From Schizochytrium sp. TIO01 (taxonomy: Eukaryota; Protista; Bigyra: Labyrinthulomycetes), in contig SMSO01000035.1 of assembly GCA_004764695.1 (NCBI GenBank), positions 4,166,040 to 4,230,039 on the forward strand: DNA of 64,000 bases. The letters are read 5' to 3'. Position numbers and translations under genes: made by a program. Shown piece by piece: positions 19,461-29,984 of the stretch (positions are counted from its first letter, which is position 1; each line of letters starts with the position of its first letter). The notes under the pieces are model-generated. The model did not search any database. It was not told the origin of the DNA and saw only the letters and a program-made list of their open reading frames with translations.

Positions 19461-22400
19461 CCATACGCCTGGGTAAGCAGCCTGCCGGGTTGCTTAAGCT
19501 AACCACCGCCAATCTGGAGCGAAGCCAACGACCTTGATAACTTGACGATAGCGGCAACATCTCTCTCCAATCCGCTTTTTGCTTAGTTTTTTCTGTTTCT
19601 CTTCTTTAAATCGACCATGTGTACTAAGTAGTATCTATGCCTTTTTAACTCATTATAAAACTTCAAAAGCATAGTATTACAAGCAAACAAAACTTTTTAC
19701 CATCATAGTTATACTTTAATTTTTTTTAATAAAAATAAGTTTAACTTTTTAATTCCAAGACTTAACAAAAGCTTTCTTTCTCTGTTGTGTATTATGCAAA
19801 AGGAGAAAGAGAGAATGCTTGCGTGAACTTAGGGAAGGCTAGCTTCGCGTAGGTGAATCCTATGCGCATTACATTCCTTACGTTCGCCTCGGATCCCGCA
19901 AGAACTTGGCAAAATCGCGTGTTGACTGCGTGGAGGCTGACCATTATACACCAAAAGAGGTGTCAAAGCAGAGTTTTGGGGGTGCTTTGGCTCCGATCAG
20001 AGCCTTCCCGGCCCGCAACCTCATGAGGCTTTCACTTATTCTTTCAATAGTTCATTCATTTATTCTGCGAGAACCGCTTGCTTCCAGTCGCGGGTTCGCC
20101 GTCGAAAGAGTGCCGTCATCATTTTAAGTTCCAATGATTTACGATCTAATTCAATGATTGAATGATTGATTGAATAATGAATGAATAATTGAATGAATCA
20201 TGAATCATGAATCAATGAATCAATGAATGAATAATCGTTTGTTTTCATAGCGGAGTAGGTACTTAGAATTAATTGCCAAGGTTTCAAGATCGTGAGGGTT
20301 TCTTTTCAGAAAAGCAGCAACGCACGAGTTGGATGAGACGATCAAACTGGCCGTTCTGGTCGTGCAGATTGACGTGAAGATGGTGCACGTGAGCTCAAGA
20401 CAGACAGTCCGTCGCCAGGCTTGCTTTGAGCATTTCAACGATGTGTTGGTTGTGTCTCCGCTCTTGAACAAGCAAGCCTCGGCTTTCAGAGTCAGCGGAG
20501 GTGATGACCTAAGCAAAAAGCCAAAAGCCAAAAGCCAAAAGTAAAAAGTAAAAATAAAAGTGAGTGAGTGAGTGATTGAGAGAGAGAGTGAGTGAGTGAG
20601 CTTGCGCGAAGTGCGCTCGGAAGATTGCACTATCCGATCAATCAAACAACCAAACAAACAAACGACACTTATAAACTTGAAAGTTTAGATTGAAGACAGA
20701 CTTGACAAAGCCTTCTTCTTCTTCTTCTTCTTCTTCTTCTCCGCCAAAGTTAAACTTGCCGTCGATATTGTGGTGTGCTGCTGCTAATAACTTGAGGTTC
20801 AAGATCACTCGAAGGCGAAACAAACGTCTTCAGCAGCAGCTTTACCTCGCTATGGAAGGAACAACATAGACACATTACTTCAGCCTGAGGTTATGCAGGT
20901 ACATACATAAAGTCAAGCATACATACAAGCAAAAAGTAGCACCCTTTTAAACTTTTCTTTGGGAGGAGGTAACTACGGATTCATTCAATTCGATTCAACT
21001 CGAGGTCGAATTGCTCTTGCTCAACGTGTGCGAATTCAGAGTTTCTCTGATACTTCGAAGGCAGACGGCTTGAATATGTGTACCTATGTATGTATGTACG
21101 CACCTCGGCTTCTGTGACTGATTATTTGATTATTCTAATATTTTTTCTTCAACTGATCGCTCATTGCCTTAGTTTTGATGGCGCGAGCGATTGGAAGTGC
21201 ATACATTTTATTTTTACTTTTTAAGTTATTTTTTACTTTTAAAAGGTTATATCAATGAAAAGAATCGCTGTTAACAATAACAGCTGGACACGGGATAATG
21301 TAGGAGCTTGAGGCAGCTCATAGCGGAAACGGACCTCGATTGAAAGCGTCGCAAAGCTCTGATACCCTTTTTCCTCTGCGATAAGCCACGTACAGCACTC
21401 TGCAGGTAGGAACCTGAGCTGCCCCTCTTTGCTCTTCTTTATCCGTGGCGTTTTGTGGATCTTGAAATGTCATCTGAAGGCACCGAAAGAGGCACTTCAG
21501 AACGAGCTTGATCACTTTACAATACAATTGAAAAGCTCTTCTGTTCTAGTTTCTGCAGAATGAATGAAAAACCTGCCTCAGTTTTATGATTGGGCCGCCA
21601 GCTTCAATTAACGCCTCGAAATAGAGCACTCGACGCTATAAAGGAGACTGCCTTCGTTGCAAAGACAGACAAACCCAGAGGGCTATAAGCCGTGTGTGTG
21701 TATGGAGAAATTCTTCATGGTCGCTGAGTTGAGTTTCTTGAGAGGCTTGCTTTCTTCATTCACTCACGTAGCTAGTTATTCGTTCGTTCGTTCGAGCTCA
21801 CTCATTCAAGTGCACGAACTCATGAATAATGAAGGACTTGATTGATGATTCATGATTGAACGATCGCAATTGAGGAGCACGAGTATGACTCGTCTGTGGT
21901 GCGAGTTGGCGGATCTTAAAAGCGGCCCGTCCTACTGTTGGCTACGACGAAGGAGCGAGATCTTTGGGCCTTTCAGTTGGCTGCCAGCGAAAAACGCGAC
22001 GGTGGGGTCTCCTGAAAGATCGCCCTTTTGCAGCCTTCGACCCGAAGACCGAGCTCTCCAGCTAGCTAGTGGATGCAGATTGACTATCGACACATAAGTT
22101 GGCGTCGTGATCCAATGCTTCTTCAAAGACGAGTCTTCTGCCCAGCATTGGCACTGTGAGAAACTAACTCGTGAGAGTCGTGACAAATCATGCCGCTGAT
22201 AAGAAGTTGAACTTGCAGTTGAACTTGGACTTGATTACGATACGATGGGTGAGGTCCTGGCGATGAATGCATATGGTGGCCATGATCATGGACTTACTTC
22301 ATCATCCGTTGCGGTGGTGGTGGAAGAGGATCGCTTCAGAAGTTATTTTTCAACGATGCAGATGTTACGAAATTCGGATACTGCCCCGCGAACGCGGTAC

Positions 22401-23675
22401 CACGAGATCCTCATAGAACTCCCTAGGCGCACATAGGTCGCGGTGGTTTTCAACAACTTGGATTCCTACGAGGTAGGAAGGTACATAGCTAGCTAGCTAT
22501 AGTTAGAGGCACTTGCACACGTTTATTCGTATGTTTATTCATTTGATGCGCTCATTCATTTCAAGAGGTGTGCGCCGATTAATGTCAAAGAACCCGGAAA
22601 GGACAGACATCTTGAAGCCACCTCTAGCTAGAATACGAGTTGGACTCCAAAGGTGCGGTTCTTGGCAGCGCCAGAGTTTGCCTCAAGCAGCAGGCAGACT
22701 CGACGGTGCAAAGCTGAGTTGTTGACGCGAATTGGCGTTAAATAAATCATGAAGCACTGAGAAGGGGGCCAAGGTCTGAGGTTGGTTATTCATTTCAAAA
22801 ACTCTCGGGAGTCAGTCAATCAGAACTGAGATTGTTGAATTGTGGTGTACTCTTCAGGATACCATTGACTTGAATCAAGATCACTTGAAACGCACAACTT
22901 TATTGGTGTGCGTTTTAAAGAGGACAAAGCGATGTTAGGTCAAAGCCCAAGTGACGTACGAGTCGTCCAAGCGGATGTCCGAATCGTGTTGCCGCAGTCA
23001 GGAATCAGCTAAAGAGGATAAGTCGATAGTTGTGCAAAAGTTTGCACAACACAACCAATTGTGCCACTTTACACATCCTGTCAGTCATCACAACCGCACA
23101 CTCCGAGTCTATTTTTTTTTTTAACTTAAAAAAATACTATTATTACTTTTTTAACTTAAAGGTTATCATCATAAAATTATGATTCGAAGTGTTTTATTCT
23201 AATCTAATATATTCTTTGCAAAGAAATCTTGAAACAACTTGCCGATTCGAAGCTCCGTTCCAAGTGCATGTGCGTACGTATACTATCAGTTGACAGACAT
23301 CTCGCCTAATGTCATCCATCGACTGTCGCCAGCAAAAAGCTAGCTTATGAGAAGAACTCGAAGCCTCGCGCCTTCGCGCGTTGAAAGTGATCTTTTTCTC
23401 ATATCCTTCTAACTTGATGACTCAACACTTTTACACATGTTGGTATATAAATGAGAGTTAGTTTTGTTCTAACGAGAGCCCAGATTCTAGCACGCCAATA
23501 AAATACTCTTGCCCGGCAGCTTCAAGTTCTAGGAAAACCTCGCCCTGCAGCTGCAGCTCGCAACCACGCCCCAGACCTGAAGCTCCCACCACGATCAAGT
23601 TTCGAGGCAGGCGAAGGCACCTCCGTGAGCGAGTTGTTGCATCACAATAAAACCCATCCCATGATCGATCGACCC

Positions 23676-23738
23676 AGAAAAGAAAAGAAAAGAAAGGAAA
23701 CGAAAGGAAACGAAAGGAAAGGAAAGGAAAGGAAAGGA
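23676..23738. repeat. (GAAAA/GAAAG/GAAAC)n purine-rich simple repeat
   Basis: Imperfect pentanucleotide run read directly. Confidence 0.9.
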
Positions 23739-23955
23739 ACGCGTTCCACACCAAGAGAACGGTGAATGCGCAAGCACGCCCGAGAATAAAGCAGCGGTGA
23801 CGTGGCGAGAAAGTTGACGCGATCACCGTTGCGGGTTCCCCTTGCACCTAAAGTGTGGGTACAGAAGGCCACGACGGGAACCCGCAGTGGGTGGGTGGAG
23901 AAGACCAAGTCGCCCTTCTGAAAGCTCGCTCTTTATAGCTCGGGATGGGAGCGAG
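23736..23955 (+). ncRNA. Candidate structured non-coding RNA or cis-element (family unknown)
   Basis: Perfect 11-bp stem 23830-23840/23876-23886. 10-bp stem with one G-U at 23791-23800/23823-23832. Nested G-U-rich hairpins, a GCAA-capped 3-bp stem at 23767-23776, and a 7-bp stem 23925-23931/23949-23955. No family motif recognised. Confidence 0.3.
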
Positions 23956-26286
23956 GCGGGTCGAGAGATAGCCTTGCTTGAAGTTCTGGTTTATGGCTAT
24001 TGTCTGGCTGCTTTGGTTTGGTTTGTTTTGCGAGGTGGTTTTTTAGCACTCATAGCTTTGAGCTTCTTTCCTGGAAAAGTGTTTCGTTTGAAGGTTTGCA
24101 AATTCTCTTTTTAATGATGGTGTTTTTTTTTAATATTTGAACTGAAGTTCGATGACAATGGAGGTGTATGTAAACTTGCAAATAAATAAACAAACAAATA
24201 AACAAACAAACAAACAACTGTCAGAACGAGGTTGTCGAAGGTGGAAGAATGAGGCGGGTCTGAGCGGAAGTGCTTCCGAAGAGGGATGAAGACGCCATCG
24301 TTTTGGCTGGCTACGCTTATGATCGTGGACTTGAAATAGTCAATCAGCCTATCAGTTTATCAGTGCATCAGTTTATCAGTTTATAAGTGATGACCTTGTA
24401 AAGACAAGCTGGCTAGCTAGTGGGAGGACAAACCAAGACCTGCGCGTTTTAGGCTGTAATGAAGAACGGACTTCAGGAGGTTTGTTGGATCTTACGAGAG
24501 AGATCGCAGCGAATGCCGATGACAACTTGGCAGATCAGTCAGTTTGATCGCACAATCTATCTGGCTAGAGACAAGCGGCAAGGGAGCGAACCGCGAACTT
24601 AGAATGCAACCAGACAAATGTACGAATGTGTTTGCATATAGGTTCCTATATCTATCTGTATGGTTTGCAGAACTTGAAAAGCGACTCCTGTGGAGAATGA
24701 AAGCTCTCGACCTTAAGCGAGAACCCAAGTATGATGGATGGATGAATGAATGAGAGCGCTTGAGCAGGGTCACGAGTCATGCATTATTGATTCATCCATT
24801 CACTCGAACTCGAGAGCCCTCAAGAACTTGAAGTTGTAGCCCCGGTTCTGCTCACAGATGCCGATGGTGATGATGGTTAGATGGTGCTACGATCATCGGA
24901 TTCATTCGTTTGCGGCTCTTGGAAGCTGAAATGCATCGATCGTTGGACCCCATATCACCAATGCAAAATCGCAAATAGCAGTAGGTACATCGTCTGAAGC
25001 ACCTCGGCGGCAGCAGTGAACGGGTCCACCGGACGGCGCTGCTGAGCTCGACCGCGAGGCAGTCTTTAGACTCTGAACAAAGCAAGATTGTTAGGTTCTA
25101 CGTCCACACTCGGCTGGGTCGTCGAGCTTGAAGCGATTCTTCATTCAAGCTAAGCTGCACTCAACGGCAATGCAAGCAAAAGAAATAATGCAAGCAACTA
25201 AATATTCGATGCTGGCTAGTTTTACATAGGAGTAGCTATTTCTTATTTCTTCGAAGTGCAGACTGAATTGTAAAGAAGGCGCGTGGGGCCCCAACGTGGA
25301 GAACGCAAAATCTTGGTTTGAATACGAAAGCAATGCATCCACAAGAACCTGAACGCAGGAGTGCTCTGTTGGCGGTGCTTGAAGCTTGAATTCTTGGATT
25401 TTGGACTTTTGGAAAGCGCCTTCCTGCAATAGCTGCAACCAAGGGAGGTACTCAGGTAGTCGTACTAGCTAGGAATGATTAACAGCTCCTATTATAATTA
25501 TTTTTTCTCTTTCTTTCTTGGACTCTTTGCCCTTTCATGTTTTTGTTTTTTTTATTTCACAAGAATTATTTTTGTTTTGCTTTTTTAATTTTAAAAAGGT
25601 CCCACAAAGTGTCGCTATTCTTGCTGGCGCAAGCGGGATTGCAAAGTTCCTAGATCTTAAAGACCACCGTGACCGTGTGGTAGTGGAAGTCAGTGGAAAT
25701 TTTAATTCAATGAAAACTTCTTATGAATGACAGCCGGGTGGACGAATGAATGAATCGAATGCCTTATGCCATCAGGGCAGACCGGTCAGAAGCTATTCAA
25801 CCCCCTTGTAGTGTCTCTGCAGTTAAACAGGATGAAATTATCAAATCGGCCCAAATTCCCCTGTGACAATAAATCGCGCAGGTCTATGTAAAATAGGCAT
25901 ATCCCAGTCAATAAATCGCGGGTGGAAAGCCTCCCATGAAGCGGCTTTCGGGTGAGTGTACTTCTACTTCCTCTTACTTTCAATCTAAAGCCCTGATCTG
26001 AATTTTGAGCACGCAAACGGTGCCTCAACTTCCATCGAACTGCTTACAAAATGCACAACTTTATGAAACAACAATAAGCCAGCTTTTGCATTATATTATA
26101 GTAATAGCAATAATGTATGAGTAGTAATAATGCCCCAAAAGTCAGTGTAAAAAATAAAACGTTAATTACCATGATGGCACATACGTATAAGTTTTTTTTT
26201 GCTCTCTTCAAAATGCTTGCGTGCTCATTTACACAAATTTACACAACCCAATTTTTTAAATCAAGCCAGGGCAAGTCAAGATCCCT

Positions 26287-26357
26287 TGAAAGCTCAATCT
26301 GAAAGCTCAATCTGAAAGCTCAATCTGAAAGCTCAATCTGAAAGCTTAACCTGAAAG
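26287..26357. repeat. 13-bp tandem repeat (TGAAAGCTCAATC) x~5
   Basis: Four exact copies, one degenerate copy and one partial copy. Confidence 0.95.
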
Positions 26358-28040
26358 GGACGCTTCAAAGCCAGTCATCATTATCATTTATGTATAAAAA
26401 AAATCTCAACTTTGCATTGCTAATGGGGTCATTCTTTTTATATTCAACGATGATCGTAGCTGACGCAAAAGTTTATAAATTTGCAAACAAACGAAAATAA
26501 GTATCATTGCTTATTACCTAGAGGTAGAAAGAGGAAGTGCGTCAAAGTCTTTGTTAGACTCGTGGAATTAGATGGATGATGGCTAGATATGCACTATTCT
26601 CTACCAATAAGGATGTAAAAGATACTGCTTGGCATTGCTGAATGTAAGAAACTTATAGTAGTGCGAGTCCAAGACAATAAACATCTCGAGAACAGAAATC
26701 GAATATCAAAGAAAATAAAACAAAAAGTTTAAAACAAAATCAAACAAAAGAAATAAAAGGGTAGTGGAAGAAATGTCTGTGTCTGCGTACCATGTCGTCG
26801 TAATAGAAACCAAGTTAGAAAGTGTGATGTCATTGCGAACGCAAAATCACACCTTCCCTTTTCATGAGCATTTAAGGCTATATCGTCGCCATCGGATCCA
26901 TAACTCCCGCAATCGTATGAGAGAAGCAAAAGATTATAGCTTCCCTCCTAACATTAGGCTTAGGTCTAATCCCTACTCTTTCTCATGTCAATAGTCTACA
27001 CATTTACAGATTTTTAAGGTGATTGTCACCTTCCTTTGTGAGATCATCTCGAGACAGAGATGTTTTTAATAAGTAGTGATCAAAACATAGGTACCTGCAT
27101 ATTAAGTGAGACTGCTATAGAATAATGTTACCACTGTGGGAGGGCTCTCTCTTTGAAAAAAATGGTACCCTGGTCAAACGAATTTGTTCGCGCAACATGG
27201 TTTTTCTGTTACCATGATCATAGTAAAATAGAGTAAAATACTCAAATATGATGCCGCCAACGTCTACTACTAGTTGAAACCATTGTGAACACTGAGTGGA
27301 GGAAGAAGTGTTAAGAGGAATCAATAGAAACAGGAAAACGAGGAAGATCACAACACACAGATGAAAATTGAATCAGACACTCTGTAAGCCCCGAGACAAT
27401 CTCGGATAGTTCGAACGTATGCCAATAGCACGCAACTGTAGTATCTATCGACGAGGCCAATGATACATTCCAATGACTTTGTCTAAAAAGAGACTGGTGC
27501 TGAGTGCTCTCACATGTTAGAACAAACGATATGCATGAGAGAAGATACGGCAAGAACAAAGGTACGTAGAGCAGGCTTCAGGAAAAACACATTGCCTCAA
27601 TACACCAGGAAAGCATCCACAGCTGTAAAAAGGGTAACTTCTTTCTTTTGCCATTAAAGAAATTTGAACCGCCATTAAAAATTCAATTACCTATGAACTA
27701 TGATGGTGGTTAATTTGGAGACAGAAACAAACAAATGAAACAGCAGCTGTAGCCGTCGACGGTAGGACCGGATATCTTCTTCACAGCCTGTAGAGCTTTG
27801 CTGAGAGATGAGGAGAATCAATTTTACTCCTGTAGAGGGCGGAAAAAATAATTTTTGTGTCAAAGGTAGAGGCCAGAGACAAAAAGAGAGAAAAACACAC
27901 AGCATAGTAACTGGGGCAACAGTGAAAGATTAGAAAAGAATCAAGACGTTAAACCAGCAGGTGAAAACTATAAGAACAACACCAGGTTGATCACCTCACT
28001 AGCAACATCTTAAGGTATATGCATAAATGCATACACATCA

Positions 28041-29984
28041 TCACCTGATGTTGATGCGTCGAAAGCTATCAGGGAGATTCGGATCCTCGCCCACAAGCTT
28101 CATCACACGTTCATGCTTACGAATAGACTCGTTAATTGTGTTCGCCACTTCACGCACAACCTCCACGGACTCTTGAAGCATTCCATAACATTCATCTTCC
28201 TGCGATGTGGCCTTGAGCAATTCTTCCAACAGGAGCTTGTACCGAGGCACACGCTGAATGGGCATAATCAGGATAGACTCAAGTGTCTGACCGCGCAAAG
28301 CATCTGACTGTGATGAAACATCCTCCCAAATTTCGAGAAAATTTTTGTTCCTGTCTGAACCCTGAAGTATGCTACCCATGCGACGAATGGGGCGACCGTT
28401 GCTCTCAGGAAGAGAATTACGAGCCTCTCGAAGTAGCTTGGCTGCTGTGGAATGGTTTACAGCGTAGGGGGAGAACACGTAGAGTTGTTGTGCAATTTCA
28501 ACGAAAACGCGACTCACAAGTTCAATACGTGAAATTCCCGTCTTCGGAGCAACACGCAGCAGGGTTACCACCTCGAGGTCAGCAAGCATGTTGCTCGAGA
28601 CATCTGCCACACGCTCAAGACGTGTACCAAAAATATGCTCAATAGCATCCGGGCTAAGTCCAAGAACGCGTTGCGCAGTCGAGCTTGGCATGCCCTCTGT
28701 GATGACTCGAAGGCGATTTACATAAACTGCCAATAGATCATTAATAGAGCGATTGAACGTTAACTCCGTCTCTGCAAGCTCGTTAACAACTCGATCAATC
28801 TTTGTCTCTGGCACAGTGTCCTCATCAGTGGACCCGACCGCAAGAAAGTGTCCTTGGTCGTCTTGAATGGGGGCAGGAAGAACACCCTCCTTCAGTCGAG
28901 CAAACCATTCAAGGTTTGAGTTACCCATAAGAAGTAAATATTCAAGTTGCTCTTTCCACTTGGGCGGAAGCATGAAGTACTTTCGCTGAATAGCCAATGC
29001 AATTTGCTCAAATGAATAGTTTTCAAAAAGGATATCTACCCGCCTGGTTCGTCGTGGATCCCGCCACTGATAAAACACGCGGAGCTGACGCTTGCGTTTC
29101 TCACCAAGCGGGCTTGAACCATGAGCCCGGCCTTTTCGCCCACGAGGCGGTGTAGCAGGTGCCTCGGATGGGAAGCCTGAATCATCTCCGGCAGAATCTG
29201 CAGAACCACTGCTGCCACCGCTTCGAAGAGAAAGGCGCTTAAGGCCATTCTTAAGAGAGGTGCGGAAACGACCTCCACCCTTAGCTTCTTTCGGACGAAT
29301 GCCCAACGGGTAGCCATAAGGTGACGGCACAGCCGCACGACCAAAGAGTAGCTCCGCCTCTTGCACAAGAATGTCCATAATTGCTGCAGATGCAGCCGTC
29401 ATGCTTGCTACGCGTGCAGTACCCTCCGTAGTTGGCAAGCGCGCAGGCATCAGCAAAAAGGGCCCGATGAGACAAGACAGCTCTTCACGATGGTGTGAAG
29501 TATCGCGAATGAAGGCACAGAACTCAGCTACAACAGTGTATCGCGAGCGAGGAATGCGGTCCAAAGTGGGCCCGAGCACATGTGCCATGGAGACTGGGTC
29601 TGCAGCCTCGGAGAGATCTGTGAGCAAACCAATAAGATCCTGACCAACCTTTTCTGGAATGAGACGTGGCCAACACTCTGTAAACACTGTGCGAACCATG
29701 CCAAGCCAGACACTGGGCTTGTAGCTTGCAAAGCTGAGCCGGAGTTCGCGATATGTGAGATCACCATTAGCTGCAAGAGTGCCCAAGAGCTCCTTCATCA
29801 ATCCATTAACTACATAAACATCAGGATCATCACCGACAAGAAGTTGGTCTGCGGCCTGAGGGTCATTTTCCTTTAGTAGTGCGAAAACAGACGGAATCAC
29901 TGGGATTAGTTTGCTTAGGAGCACAGGTGGGACAACCTCGCGATCAATGAGATCAAGCACAGAGCTTGAGTGGTGCAATGACAT
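28041..29984 (-). CDS. Rho-family regulator: degenerate RhoGAP-like N-terminal domain plus C-terminal Dbl-homology (RhoGEF) domain
   Basis: DH motifs RVVNELAETELTFNRSI, IEHIFG, FSPYAVNH, LESILIMPIQRVPRYKLLLEELLKAT, VANTINESIR. The N-terminus follows the RhoGAP helix pattern (MVRTVFTECWPRLIP, LDRIPRSRYTVV, LSCLIGPFLL, IMDILVQEAELLF). Confidence 0.85.
   Translation of the reverse strand: MSLHHSSSVLDLIDREVVPPVLLSKLIPVIPSVFALLKENDPQAADQLLVGDDPDVYVVNGLMKELLGTLAANGDLTYRELRLSFASYKPSVWLGMVRTVFTECWPRLIPEKVGQDLIGLLTDLSEAADPVSMAHVLGPTLDRIPRSRYTVVAEFCAFIRDTSHHREELSCLIGPFLLMPARLPTTEGTARVASMTAASAAIMDILVQEAELLFGRAAVPSPYGYPLGIRPKEAKGGGRFRTSLKNGLKRLSLRSGGSSGSADSAGDDSGFPSEAPATPPRGRKGRAHGSSPLGEKRKRQLRVFYQWRDPRRTRRVDILFENYSFEQIALAIQRKYFMLPPKWKEQLEYLLLMGNSNLEWFARLKEGVLPAPIQDDQGHFLAVGSTDEDTVPETKIDRVVNELAETELTFNRSINDLLAVYVNRLRVITEGMPSSTAQRVLGLSPDAIEHIFGTRLERVADVSSNMLADLEVVTLLRVAPKTGISRIELVSRVFVEIAQQLYVFSPYAVNHSTAAKLLREARNSLPESNGRPIRRMGSILQGSDRNKNFLEIWEDVSSQSDALRGQTLESILIMPIQRVPRYKLLLEELLKATSQEDECYGMLQESVEVVREVANTINESIRKHERVMKLVGEDPNLPDSFRRINIR

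Noticed and set aside
23736-23955. Assignment of the structured segment to cobalamin, guanidine, TPP riboswitch or RNase P/MRP families
   Set aside because: Only 5-6 nt fragments match, and the required conserved boxes and their order are absent.
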